This document shows, piece by piece, positions 1-22,542 of a stretch of DNA of 64,000 nt (position 1 is the stretch's first letter; each line of letters opens with the position of its first letter). Below the pieces are notes generated by a model that did no database searches, was not told the DNA's origin, and worked only from the letters and a program-made list of their open reading frames with translations. The translations under genes and the position numbers were made by a program. The stretch comes from Amoebidium appalachense (Eukaryota > Protista > Ichthyosporea): the NCBI GenBank assembly GCA_963693365.1, contig CAVNZM010000005.1:2718342-2782341 (forward strand). Reading direction: 5' to 3'.

Positions 1-597
1 GGGGGAAAGGAGACAAGGAAAGATGCGGTAATACACTTACCAAGCAGGAAGTTTTGAGGCGCATCCAAAAGAAGCAAGAGCCAAATAGCGAAAAGAAGGT
101 TGCCTTCGGTGTAGCTGTCAGAGGGAAAGTGGGATCTATTTTGTGTGTGCGTTAAATGTAAGTGATTATAGTGATGTCCTGCTGTGCAGATCTTAGGATC
201 GGTCAAGTTCTATATAGAAACATGTGTTTTCACTGTTAGCATTGTATTATCTTATTTAAATTCCGTGCTTTCTTATGTTTGTAGATAAAGACGGTTCATG
301 CTCACAGAAGGAGTTAAACATTTTCGCCGGGTTTTTTTAAAGGAATGGGCCCCTTTTCGAGCTGCAAACCAAGATCTTTGCTCACGATCTGGGTCTTTTC
401 TGTTTTCACGTTTCTGGCCTTTTGTAACAATGTGAAGCTGATGTTTGTTCACCTTCACAGTAACACATGGGTGCCATGGTGTCAGCATGGGATCGACCGT
501 GATGGAGGTGGGATCCCATCTCCCCTGTTTCTTCTGTTTCTTGGTGATTTGGTTCCGTCTTATATAACCTTTTGGTTTCTTGGTGTCCAAGTTGGGG

Positions 598-638
<41 letters not shown>

Positions 639-865
639 AGATCTCGCGCCGTTCTCCTTTCCACTGTGGTCTGGACAGAATCCGGCAGCAGTTTGTCTAC
701 CCCGAGAACATTTCTTTTCCTTTTCTTGAAGCGGATCTTGGGTGCAACACAGTTATCCCCTATTGTCCCCTGAACAACCAACAAGGTTGGGTTTTTCCAT
801 AACGCACGTGTAGAACTGAGCACATACTTGCTTCTATATAGGCACACACAAAAGAGCAACATACA

Positions 866-975
866 TGAGAAACAAATACAGGTGCAAAACATGCTCTCAC
901 GCAGGCGCGCACGCACGCACGTGAGAAACAAATACAGGTGCAAAACATGCTCTCACGCAGGCGCGCACGCACACA
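866..975. repeat. Direct tandem duplication of about 56 bp
   Basis: TGAGAAACAAATACAGGTGCAAAACATGCTCTCACGCAGGCGCGCACGCAC occurs twice. Confidence 0.85.
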
Positions 976-983
976 CTCACGCA

Positions 984-1037
<54 letters not shown>

Positions 1038-1338
1038 AGTGTGTGTAAATAGACTCACAGATCTCACGCACAAGCACACACAATGTGTCCTCAAACGTTA
1101 TCTTTTCCTCGGCATCGTTTTGAAATCTCCTTACCTCTTCCTGCGTCCATTCTTACATTATCCCAACTCTGTATAGTAAGCCTATTAGCCAAGGAGCCGA
1201 GACATGTGGTACCGAAACATATGGTGTGTGTGTGTACGTGTGGGTGGACGGGTGTGTGTGTGTGTATGGGTCTGTGTGTGTACGCCCACACGTGCATGCG
1301 TGGGAAAGTGGTTAGGCGCTCTGTCTGTGGTCTTCGGC

Positions 1339-1369
<31 letters not shown>

Positions 1370-1553
1370 GCCCAAACCACCACCACCACCACCACCACCT
1401 CTCCTTCTTTCTGGCTTGTCTGTATGCATGTGCGTGTTGGTGCCGATGTACGTGTGCGTGTGTGTTTGTGTATACATGTGCATGCGTGTGTGTGTTTTTG
1501 TACATGTGTGCTCACGCGCTGCCTGTGTGTGGCTGTGTGCGCAGGGGGGCAGT

Positions 1554-10060
<8,507 letters not shown>

Positions 10061-11030
10061 TTTAGGTGTGTGGATGGACCCGTAGGTACAGTGGGTGGGA
10101 GGGTGTGTGTTTTCGCGAAAGTGTGCCATGTGTGTGTGTTATTGTCCGCGCATGCGCGATTGTGTGTGGGGTGACTGTGTGCGTGCTCGCATGTGCTCCG
10201 GGAGTTTCCGGTTATTGCTGTGTTTGTGTCATGTTTTACTGTGCTTATGGCGTGTATGCATGTCATTCGTGACAATGTGCATGATGGTGAGGGTGTGTGT
10301 AGGGTGTCTAGAATGTGTCTGTGTCCGGGCTGTGTTGGCTGGCCCCACCGTGTGCGTGTTTTGTGTGTGTGTTTAGTAGGGGGAGGAGGGGGAGGGAGGG
10401 GGGGGGGAGGGGGTTGTAAATGGACGTTTTTGCCGAGATCCCAAATGTGTATATTATTTTGTTCCGTTCCGAACATAGATAGTCGTTGGACGAACACAGA
10501 ACGGACGTAAATATCTCTGTTACGTGTACAGCCTTGCTCGATTGAGCAAATATTGGTTCGATATATTTCGTTAACATACAACTTCTGTGATTGTTTGTGT
10601 AATCCAGTTCTGCTTTGATTGTAATGATAGCGTGATCATGGACGTCGAATAGGGATTTTATGCGAATGACAAAATGACTTGAAATTGTCTAAATATCGTC
10701 GCTCGTGCATATCTATCTAGGACTGTTCACCACAATTTAGCGCGTTATTTGCTTTTGCAATTTGATTTTCGTATTTGTGGTGTATATGCATTTATTGAAC
10801 ACGTGCACACCTCAAAACACACTCACGGAATGCCAAAGAGAGTAATATAGTGCTTATAGTTTACACCACTGTGGCGCCTTCTGTATGAAAGGCTCGCATG
10901 TATCATATGCTTATGTGCTCACAACCGCAATATTCCTACTTCTTTTATTGTTTTAAAAAAACTATTATCTGTACTAAATGATTCCATTCAAATCGATTAT
11001 CAAATTCTATTCAATTCGCCGGCTGCAACG

Positions 11031-11066
<36 letters not shown>

Positions 11067-12404
11067 ACCACCACCCCCCCACCCCACCCACCCCACCCCC
11101 CTGCGCACACAGGTACACACACACATCACCTGGTCTAGGGTCCATTACCACCAATGTATACACACACGCACACCACCGCTACCACCACACATCATAGTAG
11201 ACAGGATCTGGATGTACACACACACACGCACACACACACCACCCGACTACGTATACACCACACATTTACACATGTACACACGTACGACCGTCCGGATCCG
11301 TCCACACACACGTACCCCACCACCACCACCACTACCACCACGTACACACGTACACGCGCACGCGTACGCACTGTGTCAGATGTACACAAACACGTGCACA
11401 TCACCACTACCACCACACACATGCATACACGAAAAGATGTACACACACGCAGTCACGTGCACACACCTGGTCCACTAATACCACCGGCATGCGCAACAAG
11501 CACAATCTGTACATACCCACCACCTGGTCCACTATAGAAGCTACCCCACACATACATGTGTGTACACGTGTGCACATAGACGCCTCTCACCACACACACA
11601 CGTCGAACATGTACACATACACACTCAGGCCTCTATGCGTAAACGCACGCACGCATTTATACACACACCGTGTCACACCACCGTGGCACCAAAACACACA
11701 CACACACACACACGCCGTGACACGAAACGATTACATATTTAGCTACCCACAACCTCCGAAATACAGCATCTCGATGACATGCATGATCATGTAGGCCTCA
11801 AAAATGCACGTGTGCACTGTAGGTGGTGCGGGAGGGATGAGTTACGGCATGCTTGTGTAACTAAACGAGGGCCCAGCAATGCCGCAAGGAGTTCATTGAG
11901 GGCATGGAACTGCATGCTCATAATTAAATTCATTTTCATTTTTGAGATTTTTGGCTTTTGATTTTCAGCTAAAATCTTCAATATATAAATTCGGTGCCTC
12001 CTGATTAGGCAGAAAAAATCACTGAAGACAAACAAAAAACGGTGGGCACAGTAGTCTAGGCTTCGGTAATTACGGCCATACTGACACCCCCATACCTACT
12101 TCTAGAAGTTACTAAAAGGAGATACACACAAAATTTTGTTCATAAAACTGGATAAAACGATACCCTTAGACGGCCTGCAAACACGTAACTGCAGTATTGC
12201 ATTTAGATGGGGGAACACATCTTCCCATACAAAACACCCACACCTTCACATGTTCAACAGAGGCAACCAGCCATATGTACAATTCGAACACTTTCCAGTA
12301 TTTACCTGCACTTTACCAAACACTATCCCCAAGCACCAGTCAACACCCACCCACATACACATTTTTATATATACAAGTAGTGTGCAATCATTCTACAACC
12401 ACAA

Positions 12405-13522
12405 CTACTGCTCAGCATATGTCTCATCGCCATAGTCATAATCCGCAAGATCCCCCTCATAGTCCAAATAATCATCTAAACCCTCTTCCCCAACCCCCTC
12501 CTCTCCTTCCGCCCCTCCCTCTCCCTCGTGTCCTTCCTCTCCTCCTGCCTCACCTCCCTCTTCTTTCTTCGATTCTGTTGTTGTGCTTTCTGCACCGTTT
12601 GTCGAAGATTGTTGTTCTTGTTGTGTGGTTGTGGTAGTGGTGGTAGTAGGGGCTGGGCCGCTAGTGCTTGATGCACCGTTGGTTGTTGGGACAGCCTGAA
12701 ACGGTGTGCAGGTTAGTGAGACCATCAGTGGGTAATGCATTCATCTTGAAGTATATTGAATCATTTTCCATGGTATCATAACCTCCTCCCCCCCCCCCCC
12801 CCACACACACACACCCACATATCCCCCCCTCCCCCCCCCCCCCCCCCCCCCCCGGGGGCGCCAAACAACAACACGCAGTAGCGCACCTACACATACAGAC
12901 ATGTACACGGACGCCGAACGTAAGCGCACAAACACAAACACACACACACACACAACCAAGAGACAACAGGTGCAACCTGCCTGTTCGTTTGTACCATGCA
13001 TGCATGGGCCACAGGCGTGCAAAAACCTCTCCTGAACACCAACACACTTGCTCATCATGCAAGCACACGCACCTTTTTCTGAGGGGTGGGCAGGAACCAC
13101 ACCATGGGCCATGTCTTGCCCTCAAACGTGCCCCCTTGCTCCAGTGCCTGCGGGGTGGCCGTGTGAGTCACCATGCAGCAAGGGGGTGCAAATCGTGGAT
13201 AAACAGTGAACATTGCATACACTGTTGATCTAAGTCGGGCATTTACGTCCGCAACATCAATTAGACGTCAATTCCAAACCATATTGAACCAATGATTGAT
13301 GTCAGAACTAATGATTGGCTTTGCCCCTATGTGACGTCGTGCGATCTCCATTATTAGAAAGTGCAGGTTTGCCATATCAACATATAATGGAGTAATGAAA
13401 ATTGGGTCTTCAAGGAGAGTTTGCGTATCCATAATACGCAATGCATTGGCTTCTGCACAAAAAGCACACATCCAAAACAAAATAACATGACCAGTTTCAA
13501 GATCACAAAAGCAGCACCCCCC

Positions 13523-13553
<31 letters not shown>

Positions 13554-13685
13554 ACACACACACATCCACCCACCCAACTAGGGGAGAAAGCAAGGGCCTG
13601 CACAGGAAAAGCGGCAGGGTATGGCCTGTGTGTGTTGTGCATTCATTATTAAAAAAATAACACCCGCATACTGGACTACGCTCAT

Positions 13686-13759
<74 letters not shown>

Positions 13760-13776
13760 ATGGTGGTGGTAGTGAT

Positions 13777-13826
<50 letters not shown>

Positions 13827-16800
13827 GGGGGGGGGGGGGGGGGGGGTTGTTAAACGAAAGAGCAACACTCTCACCTTCTTTGCCGACTCTGCAGCCACAT
13901 AGGACACAATGGCGCCCTTTCCGTGGACCGTGATGGGCTCTGCAGACAGGGGGCCAAACTGGGCAAAGTGGGCCGTCACAGACTCAATCATGTCTGCAGG
14001 CAGGCCGCTAACATAAATCTTGCTCGACAGCGCACCTACACTCGCCTTTCTGGCCAAAGCATTGTCCGTCTGATTGTGCGCAGCGGTGGCGGTGGTGGCG
14101 GCAGGTGTAGGGCGAGGTGCGGGTGGGTGGGGTGCAGGAATAGAGGGGCGGGGTTGGTGTTGGGGGGGTGCGGCATTGATGCTGATTGCTTTGATCTGCG
14201 ATTCGATTTCGTTGAATTGTTTCATCATCTTGAGGCGCTCTTCCTTAGATAGGGTGCCCTTGCCTTGGCTGAGCTTTTCAAAGATGGCCTGGGCAGGGAA
14301 TGGGGGGGTTAGTTGGCGAGCAAAAAAAATGGTCGGAGGGTGCTGGTGTGCATCGGGTATCCACTCATGCATGTTTGCATAATCGTGCGTTTGCGTACAT
14401 GGAAAAGCTAAAGCACACGCAAAGGAGCCCTTTAAAACCATTCTGAGGAGCATGTATTGCAAGCCGTTGATGTGTCCATATATGCACGCTCACACATGAA
14501 GAGCACAAGTACTACCGCCCACGACAAAAGTCACATAGGGATCCCAAACACTAGGGTTTTTGCTTCACCCCTGCATACAGAACCACACACACCGAACCAC
14601 ATACACACGAATGGACCCACATGCACACAGACACACAGACACACACACACCTTCTGTTCCTTGATCAGGGCCTCCTTAGTCTCTGCGGCCTTCTTCATCT
14701 GCTCCAGCAGTGCTTTCTTCTGCTCCACTTTCTGCAAACCAAAATAACCCCGTCAGGAAACGAGCACACAAGTATTGGCAAAAAAGTATGTATACTTTGG
14801 TGTGTGCATGCACGTGGCGCCCAGATGTGCCTGTGTGTGCCCTTGGGCACTAACCTATAACCAAACATACCAATCACCCATTCACGGCAACATGACACCA
14901 ACACGTCCCATCACCTCCAGTCGGTTTACTCCAAATCAACATGGCCTATCCTGAACCCATGTCTACCCTTTGCCTTGCAAAAATTCTTTCACTCTCCCCC
15001 CCCCCCCCCCCCGTCTCTCTCTCCATTCTCCTCCCTCCCTTCCAAACAACAACCAACAAAACACACACCACACATTGAAAACTGCTGCCTACTCCCACTG
15101 CGACCAGACTAAGTCAGGCCCATGAGAACCCACTGCGACCAGCAGTCCCTCACACCTACTATCCACTACTGCCCTCACCTAATCACATCCCCACACATGC
15201 ATCACGAACAAGCCTCCCTCCCCCCCCCCCCCCCCCCAAAAAAAAAAAAAACACACACACACAATAACATACACACATCCCAGCTCCCCCTCCCTCATCC
15301 CCCAAGTAAGCACCTCGATTCAACACCCATCCACCCACACCCACCCACTCACAACCCAACCCCCTCCCCCAACGCCCCCCCAAACACCCACACCCACACT
15401 CCTTGCCTCCCCCCCCCCCCCCCCCCCCACCACCACCACCACCACCCACCCGTCTCCCCCTCTTCCCCCCCCCCCCCCCCCCCACACACACACCCCACCC
15501 ACCCGTCCCCCCACCCTCACCCACCCCCTTACCTGTCGTGCAATCTCGGCCTGCTGCTGCTTGAACCGATCCACATACTGCTTCTGCCACTCCTCCATCT
15601 CGGCCTTTGGCTTTGCATCCTCCCCCTCCTCCTCCACTTTTACTCCCTGTTGCTGTGGCCTGACCTGTGGCCTTGGTCTTGGCCCACCCACCATCTGACC
15701 CATCTGGCCCCTTGGCCCTGGGTGCCGTGGGGGTCGTGTGCCGTCACGTCCAACTGGGTGCGCACCGGGGTGTGGGGGTACATTGCGACGCGCAAAGAAC
15801 GCCTGAGGATGGCGGGGCGGAGGTTAGAAAACTTGTGGTAGATAAGAAAAGCGGGCGGGCTGGAGGAAGGGCGGGGAAGAGGGGTGGGGGTTGGGGGGTT
15901 GGAGAAGATGTATTCATGAGAGGGTTGGAAGCATGGAGGAGACATCAAGGACAAAACACAAAACGTAACAAAAAAAAGGGAGAGGGTGGGATGGGGGGTG
16001 GGGGGGCAAAGCGTGTGTTATGGGAGTTAAAAACATGCATTCATAACGGACAACACAATGCTGAGTGCAAGCCACTGCATAATGAGCGCCAGCGGCAGCA
16101 GCCAGGGGAAGGGGAGGGGAGGGGGAGGGAGGGGGGCAGGACTGCAATGACTTGCATAATTTAGGGTGGTCGATGAGTGTTTTGAGGTGTGAGGTCCATG
16201 CACCCCAGCAATCTTGAAGTGCATGCATGCGGATGGAACGTGCCCGTACAAACAGGAAAAGAAATCTATGTCTGTGACTGTTTTTGTGGGTGGTTGGAGA
16301 TGGAAGAGCAGAGGGGTAGAGCAGGGGGCGGAGCTTGCCGGAGGGGGGGGGGGGGGAATCAAGGAGATGAGCTCACATGCAAGTGACACAAGCAATCCCC
16401 CTCTCCTCCCACCACACTAAACGACGACCATGCACATGAACCGTACACACACACAAGCCCACCCCCTGCCCTGATCGGCATATGTACACATACACACGAG
16501 CGTGCACACGCACACACACACACAATCAGACGGCTCCACCAACACACGAGACACACCCACCCAACACGCGCCTGCCGCCAACACACCCACCCACGCACGC
16601 ACACCCACCCACCTTGATAAACCTGTTGCCCAAAATAGCCTCCGGGTCCCTGTATGCCGTCTCAGCCTCCTCATTGTTACTGAACTGCACACGAGCAACA
16701 TCGGGCCTGCCGTTGTAATGCACCGTCACATTGACCACCGTGCCAAACTTACTGAAATATTCAGAAAGAACCCCCACCACATTCTGCCCAGGTTGCAGCC

Positions 16801-19770
16801 CCGTAATTTCAAGTTCCGTTGCCCTACCCGAACCCATTGGCCGCGGTGGGCGTGGGCCACCGAAATTTCCATCAGGGGGACCCATGGGTCGTGGGGGTGG
16901 GCCATGGCTGGGGTGGGGTGGTGGTGGTTGATGGGGGGTTCCATCAAGTGAGGCACGGTGGGGAGCCCTGGCCTGGGTAAGCCCTGGGTCCTCCGGCTGG
17001 TATTCATCGTCATCTGGGGGCATCTCCGGCCCCCTGCGATTGCCCAGAATTTCGCGCAAATCACGGACACCACCAAAATCGGGACGGGGTGGACCTCCTA
17101 GCGTATCCCTAAGATCCCCACGCCATCTCGGCCTGTCGTCCCGTTCAAAACGGCCGTGAAAACGGCCACCCCCGCGGTCACCGCGGAAATTCATATCGGG
17201 AGGTGGGGGTCCAAATCCTGGTGGGCCATTAGGCCCTGGGAATGGTGGGCCATGAGAGGGACGTGGAGGCGGGGGACCTTGCATAGGTGGCGGGCCGGAA
17301 AATGGAGGCACGGGGCCATTGAAGGAGTCGATGGGGAGTACCTGGGGGTTGACGTGCTCGTAGGGGCAATCGTCCCCCATCAGGCAGATGCCCTTGTTTT
17401 CATAATCCGGACACCGTTGTCGCATATTCCCCATGGGGGGGCCCATTCCCCTCATACCCATCATGCTGCCCCCCATGCCCATATGCTGCTGGGCCATGGG
17501 CCCCCCCATCATCCCTGGTCCCGGGCCATACCCCCCAGCCATCTGGTTCATTGGACCCCCCTGGATGCCCATGGGTGGGGGGCCCATATTGCCACCCATC
17601 ATGGGCCCAGGCCCACCCATGTAATTGCCCTGTTGTTGCTGCTGCTGCTGCTGCACGAGGGGTGCATATGTGCTGGTTGTTTCCTGCTGCCTGTTCGGGC
17701 GCTCAGTGGGTGCTGCATTCCCCCTCAGAGGTGAGGGCACATCCATGTCGTCTCGGCGATAATCCCTCCCATCTCCCCGATTACGCTTCCTCCGGCCCGA
17801 ATCATCGTCTGAATGCTGCCGCCCGTCTTCCTCAAACCCACGTTTGTATGATATCCTCGGGCTGCAGAAAGAGAATTCAGAACGGATACCTCCCTCTTAA
17901 ACTACCCCCACCCCCCCCCCCCCCCCCCCCCCGGGAGCCCTGCAGCCCACAGCCCCAGTCTCACCACCACCACACACCCACATACCACCTCTATAATCTC
18001 CCCTCCAACCAACCTATCCGAGAGAGGTTCTCCGTACCCCGAAACACCATTAGCCCTTGTTTCATAGAAACTCTGACACGCATCACCGTTCCAGTCTCGT
18101 CCTCTACCTCAACCGCACCCACACAAACATCCAGCCACTTGCTAAATGCTGCATAAAAGAAAGGACACCTGATTGCATCCCAATCCCCCCCCCCCCCCCC
18201 ACCCAGACACACACACAACACAAACCTGTGCCTGCGGCCCCTGCGTCTATCGTCCCCCTCATCCTCCCTGTCATACCTCCGCCTGCTATCTCCCCTCCCG
18301 TCCCCCCTGCTGTCACTCCTAGGCCGTGGCCTCTCATCCCTCGGCCTCTTCTCCTCCCTCCTCTCATCTCCCGATGGTGGGCCGGCCTTCGGCCTTTTCA
18401 CCCCCTGCTGTTCCTCAATCCGTGCAAACAGGTTGTCGATGAAGTCTTTCGTGTCTGCACAAGACCATGATAAAACACGTTAGCTCCCATACCTTACATG
18501 TTTGCAATGTTCCCTCATCCCCCCCTTCCCCCAAAAACAAACACACACACCACCACCCACCCAACCACTTACCCACCACCCCTCCCCCTTCCAACCACGA
18601 CCCGTATACCTCACTCCTTTAACCGTGTCTCACATCTGTTCATGTGTACATTTGAGTAATTACAAATCCTGGGTTGTCAAACCAGCCACAGTGTTGCCAT
18701 GCCAACACCCCGAAAGCGTGTCATTCTGAGTGCTCTTGTGCGTGTGCATTAACAGGCAGTACATCTGCATCATTTGTGTTCACGTAGTTCTGTGTCAGTA
18801 TTCACTCACCATCTCCAAGAAATACTTCCAGCTCTTTTTGCGCAATATCCTTGTGCTCTTCCAGCGACTTGTCTTTCCGGCAAACCGCAAAGAAAAACTG
18901 GATAAGAACCTTCGGATCTGCCTCAGTGCTGAGGGGGAAATAATAGTAAGACTCCGACGCACGAGAAGCTTTCTTTGATTGGTTGTGCCCGCAACAGAAG
19001 CATGCAGTAACCCATGCAACGTTGTTGTATAGCTTCACAGCACCGTGCCAAGGCACTATGGGGTCAGCGTCTATATTGTTAGCTAATTTCGTGTCTGACT
19101 GGCACAAGGATGTGTTGTTCTGTTTGCACGCAGGCTGGAAGTGTGTGTCTGTGTTCGTGCCAATTTTAAGCTTGTGCACATATTTTCTCTCTGTCCGGAG
19201 TGAGCGAGTGTGAGTGAGTGAATGAATGAGGGAGTGATTGGATCGTGAGTGTATGCATGCATGCGCGCAAAGATATATGCATTCTGCAAACTAGCAAGCC
19301 TGATGAAGTATTACATTCGACAGGATCCCGTGTCCCACACACAGAAAATACATGATAGTATGCAAAGGTCAGTAAAACTGCCTGCATGGTGGTGCAAGAA
19401 AAAACACGGTGTGCAAGATTGTAGATACATGAACTACTCGTTATGCAAAAACGCATCCATAACCAACCACTTACTGGGAAACCACAAAAATCTTACAAAA
19501 GATGACATAGGCTGGATAAAGAAACCCAGCAGACAAAACATCGAAGGAAGAATTGAAAGGGAAGGAGCACAAGAAAGAGGGAGGGAGTCATACGACTCAC
19601 AGATAAAGCATATCTCACATAGTTCTTCCAGCTTACAAGCTAAATACCATCCAAACCTAAGGATGTTAGCGGATACAAGCGGATTCTCGACAGGTTACAC
19701 ATAAGACTTACATTCCCGGAAGCACATCCAGCATCCAGTGAGACAGCTCGTCGGTCTGTTCGATAATCAT
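12405..19770 (-). CDS. RBM26: RBM26/RBM27-family RNA-binding protein (PWI-like N-terminus, CCCH zinc finger, two RRMs, acidic tail), 9 exons
   Basis: Exons 19770-19712, 18928-18810, 18454-18226, 17861-16613, 15802-15533, 14731-14651, 14288-13875, 13147-13073, 12695-12405. PWI-like [41 protein letters not shown]; zinc finger [21 protein letters not shown]; RRM1 [29 protein letters not shown]; RRM2 IYVSGLP..HFAQFG..AIVSY. Confidence 0.9.
15908..15975 (-). mobile_element. Short 3' fragment of family B
   Basis: Minus strand TTTGTTACGTTTTGT..GTCTCCTCCATGCTTCCAACCCTCTCATGAATACAT matches the B1 3' end. Lies in an RBM26 intron. Confidence 0.65.
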
Positions 19771-20642
19771 CCTCGAATCCACCGCGCATCTGCGCATCAC
19801 CAACAACTAGAAGCAAAAAACTACAATACAATATATAGGGGATGCAACCTACTGCTAATCTCTCCCCACCCTTTTTCCCGTTATCCTCCAGAAGGCTTTC
19901 AACCAACAAGCACATCGACCGAGTTTCCTTTTCGACGTGACAGCTAAAAGTTTTGCCGCACACTGAGCCAAATGCGCACCAAAAACAAAGTCTGGGCCCC
20001 AATCGCATCACCGTCGCTCTGGGGCACAAATACAAATAAACCCCGCAATAGTGTGTGTGTGACTTTGGACTGCCACTTACTTATTAAACATGTACACAAT
20101 CACAAGATAATCACGCAATATAACAAATGGAAAAAGATACCACACGACACTAGACCCGATGAAAGCATACACCTTGAAAAACTAAGCCTTATGTCTCGTT
20201 TTATATATACTGACCGCCTCAACCATATTGCCAAATATGGCACTCGCAAGTGTATAACACCTAAATACATATTACCTTCCTGTAGAACTGGTCTTTCTCT
20301 AGCTGATGGTATTATTGATCAATTACCACGCTTTTACTGTACACGTGCTATACAGTGGAGATCTAATAAGTATAAGGTGGCATCATTTGCATGCCCAAAC
20401 AACACACACACACACCAGTTTAACCGGTCATGTATCGCCAAATGTAGTTTGATAGACCACATAATACCGCAACACACACACGTCACATTCACAACAGACA
20501 CCCAGAAAGATAGCCTACCTGTAAATTACAACATCCTTGATTTTATACTAAACACGCTTAACTACGACCTGTTTATTAGATGTATTGATTGGCTTGAGAA
20601 ACACATCACTACAAAATTATAGCGCACGCGCACACACACACA

Positions 20643-20699
<57 letters not shown>

Positions 20700-20731
20700 C
20701 CAGCTGATACCGAGTGTCCCGAGGGGAGCCC

Positions 20732-20789
<58 letters not shown>

Positions 20790-20891
20790 GGGGAACCCCA
20801 ACTAATTGATTTCTCCTTGTAGTCTTTATGGTGTCTCGTAGAGAAAGTAAACCCTGATATATAGTCACCACCCGACATCTATGTACGTGAT

Positions 20892-20987
20892 CATGATATA
20901 CCGCTGAGGGGATATTCCGAGCAAACCCCCCCCCCCCCATACCTGAGACTGGTTCTCTTTGCCTCGAGTAAACAGCGTAAACCCCCC
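20892..20987 (+). mobile_element. Family C dispersed repeat ending in a C-run, copy 1
   Basis: CATGATATA..CTGAGGGGAT..AGCAAACCC..ATACCTG.GACTGGT..TGCCTCGAGTAA..GCGTAA-(C)n, shared with 60095-60191. Confidence 0.6.
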
Positions 20988-21110
20988 AGAACGATTACGA
21001 CCCAATTTGTTGCTGATTTACGTATATCTTAAAGCAAACAGTGGGGCGAATTACAGTATTTACGTTTAGCTATTCTATATCATTGGATTGCAATTATTGC
21101 GCAGCGGACC

Positions 21111-21120
21111 TATATAAATA
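21111..21120 (+). promoter_or_regulatory. TATA-box-like element upstream of the LRR pseudogene
   Basis: TATATAAATA about 100 bp upstream of the ATG at 21220. Confidence 0.35.
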
Positions 21121-21219
21121 CCGTGCACTGCTTTTCAAGTCTTCTCTTATATTTTTTTTTTCCAACGTTTTTTCTGAGTAGTATAAACATGTGGTAGCCA
21201 TAAGGCTGTGAATACCAAA

Positions 21220-22542
21220 ATGCCACCAAGAAAGAGTGGCCGTGTGGCTCAGAGGGCCGTCACATCCCCTCGAGGATAAGCAATGGTGCAAAATCGTGCG
21301 CCCTTCTCTGACCACATGGAGAGTTGCGCGTGTAGGTTGGGCGAGCATACTGGGGGGGATAACGGCATGGGGCAATGCTTTACGCTCGTTGCACATTGAC
21401 ACAGACATCTTGGGCAAAACTCTCGAGCTCTCAGAAAATAAACTTTGGAAGATTCTTCAAGCTTTGTCAAAGTTGACATTTTGTCGCTTGATTGGAGCGC
21501 GATCCGGCTCGAGTTACCTTCAGAGGCGAAGAGGTTAAGCAAACTCACGTTGGATTTAACCGTGCATTGGGACACCTTTGTAGACCTGAGTGCCGTTTCA
21601 ACTTGCACTAATCTGGAAGAATTCTGCTTGGCTAGTAAAATACGCGGAGGGCTCGTGAAGGGATTCTCGAAGGGAGTAGGTGCAGTGGGCAACCTATGCA
21701 AGCTCCGTGTTGTGTGACTTCGGAGAAGTTTCAATCATCGCAACCGAACTGGACAAGGAAGCAATCTGTAAGTGCACTAATTTGGAGCGGCTAGTAACTA
21801 GCGAATCGCAGGACGGGGCTTTTCCCTCCCTTACTACCCTCACCAAACTGTCTCACCTTTCCTACAATGGGCTCCTTCCACATGGTCTATCCATGTGCCC
21901 GCTTACGGAGTTAGTGACCTCTGCAGGAGACCTTTCTTTGCTTAACACCCTCCCCCATCTAAAGTCGCTCAAACACGACGGCGAACCTGATCAGTTCGAA
22001 TACTCAAATGTTGAGTCCATGAGCAACTGTGCGGAGCTGACACGGTTGTACACTTGCGACGATCTGGGCCAGACATCACTCGATTTCCTATCGGCCTGCA
22101 CACAGCTACGGGACGTCAAGATAGGATAGGGAAAGTGCTCGATGTTTCAGATATTTCCGCACTATCAATGTGCACGAAATTGGCGTCTCTCTCCTTCAAC
22201 GACCAAGCGTGCACGTGTTTTTGGCGCCACGAACTCGATGTTTGGCCTCTTGCGTTGTGTGTGTCCCTACGGTCGATGACTTTGGTGTCCATCGAGTTGA
22301 GCCCAGGGTGTGTTAAGCCACTCACAGCATGCACTAACCTACACACGGTCGTACATGTGCGCCAGGAAAACCCCCCGGTGTTGTGACACGCAAAGCTGCA
22401 TTTGCTTAGGGAGGTGCGGTTTATGAGTTGCAAGAAGGTGAAGGCAAACGACGTGAGAAACCTGAGGAAGGCGGTGGATGGGAGGCGTGTGGAGGTGGTG
22501 GTTGAACATCCCGTTGCCGGTGTGGACTACTTTTCAAACTAG
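21220..22542 (+). pseudogene. Intronless leucine-rich-repeat protein pseudogene
   Basis: LRR-like blocks (LSAVSTCTNLEEF, ICKCTNLERL, LTTLTKLSHLSY, LDFLSACTQLRDVKI, ISALSMCTKLASLS, LTACTNLHTV) are spread over several frames. Frameshifts lie near 21265, 21476, 21712 and 22126 (ATAGG duplication), with an in-frame TGA at 22384-22386 and a terminal TAG at 22540-22542. Confidence 0.75.

Noticed and set aside
1-800. Possible coding fragments at the window start on either strand
   Set aside because: Short open stretches with no recognisable motif and no phase-consistent link to the ANK-PX gene.
19275-19335. CTGATGA followed by a weak hairpin, a possible hammerhead
   Set aside because: No GAAA core strand and no convincing stems I or III.
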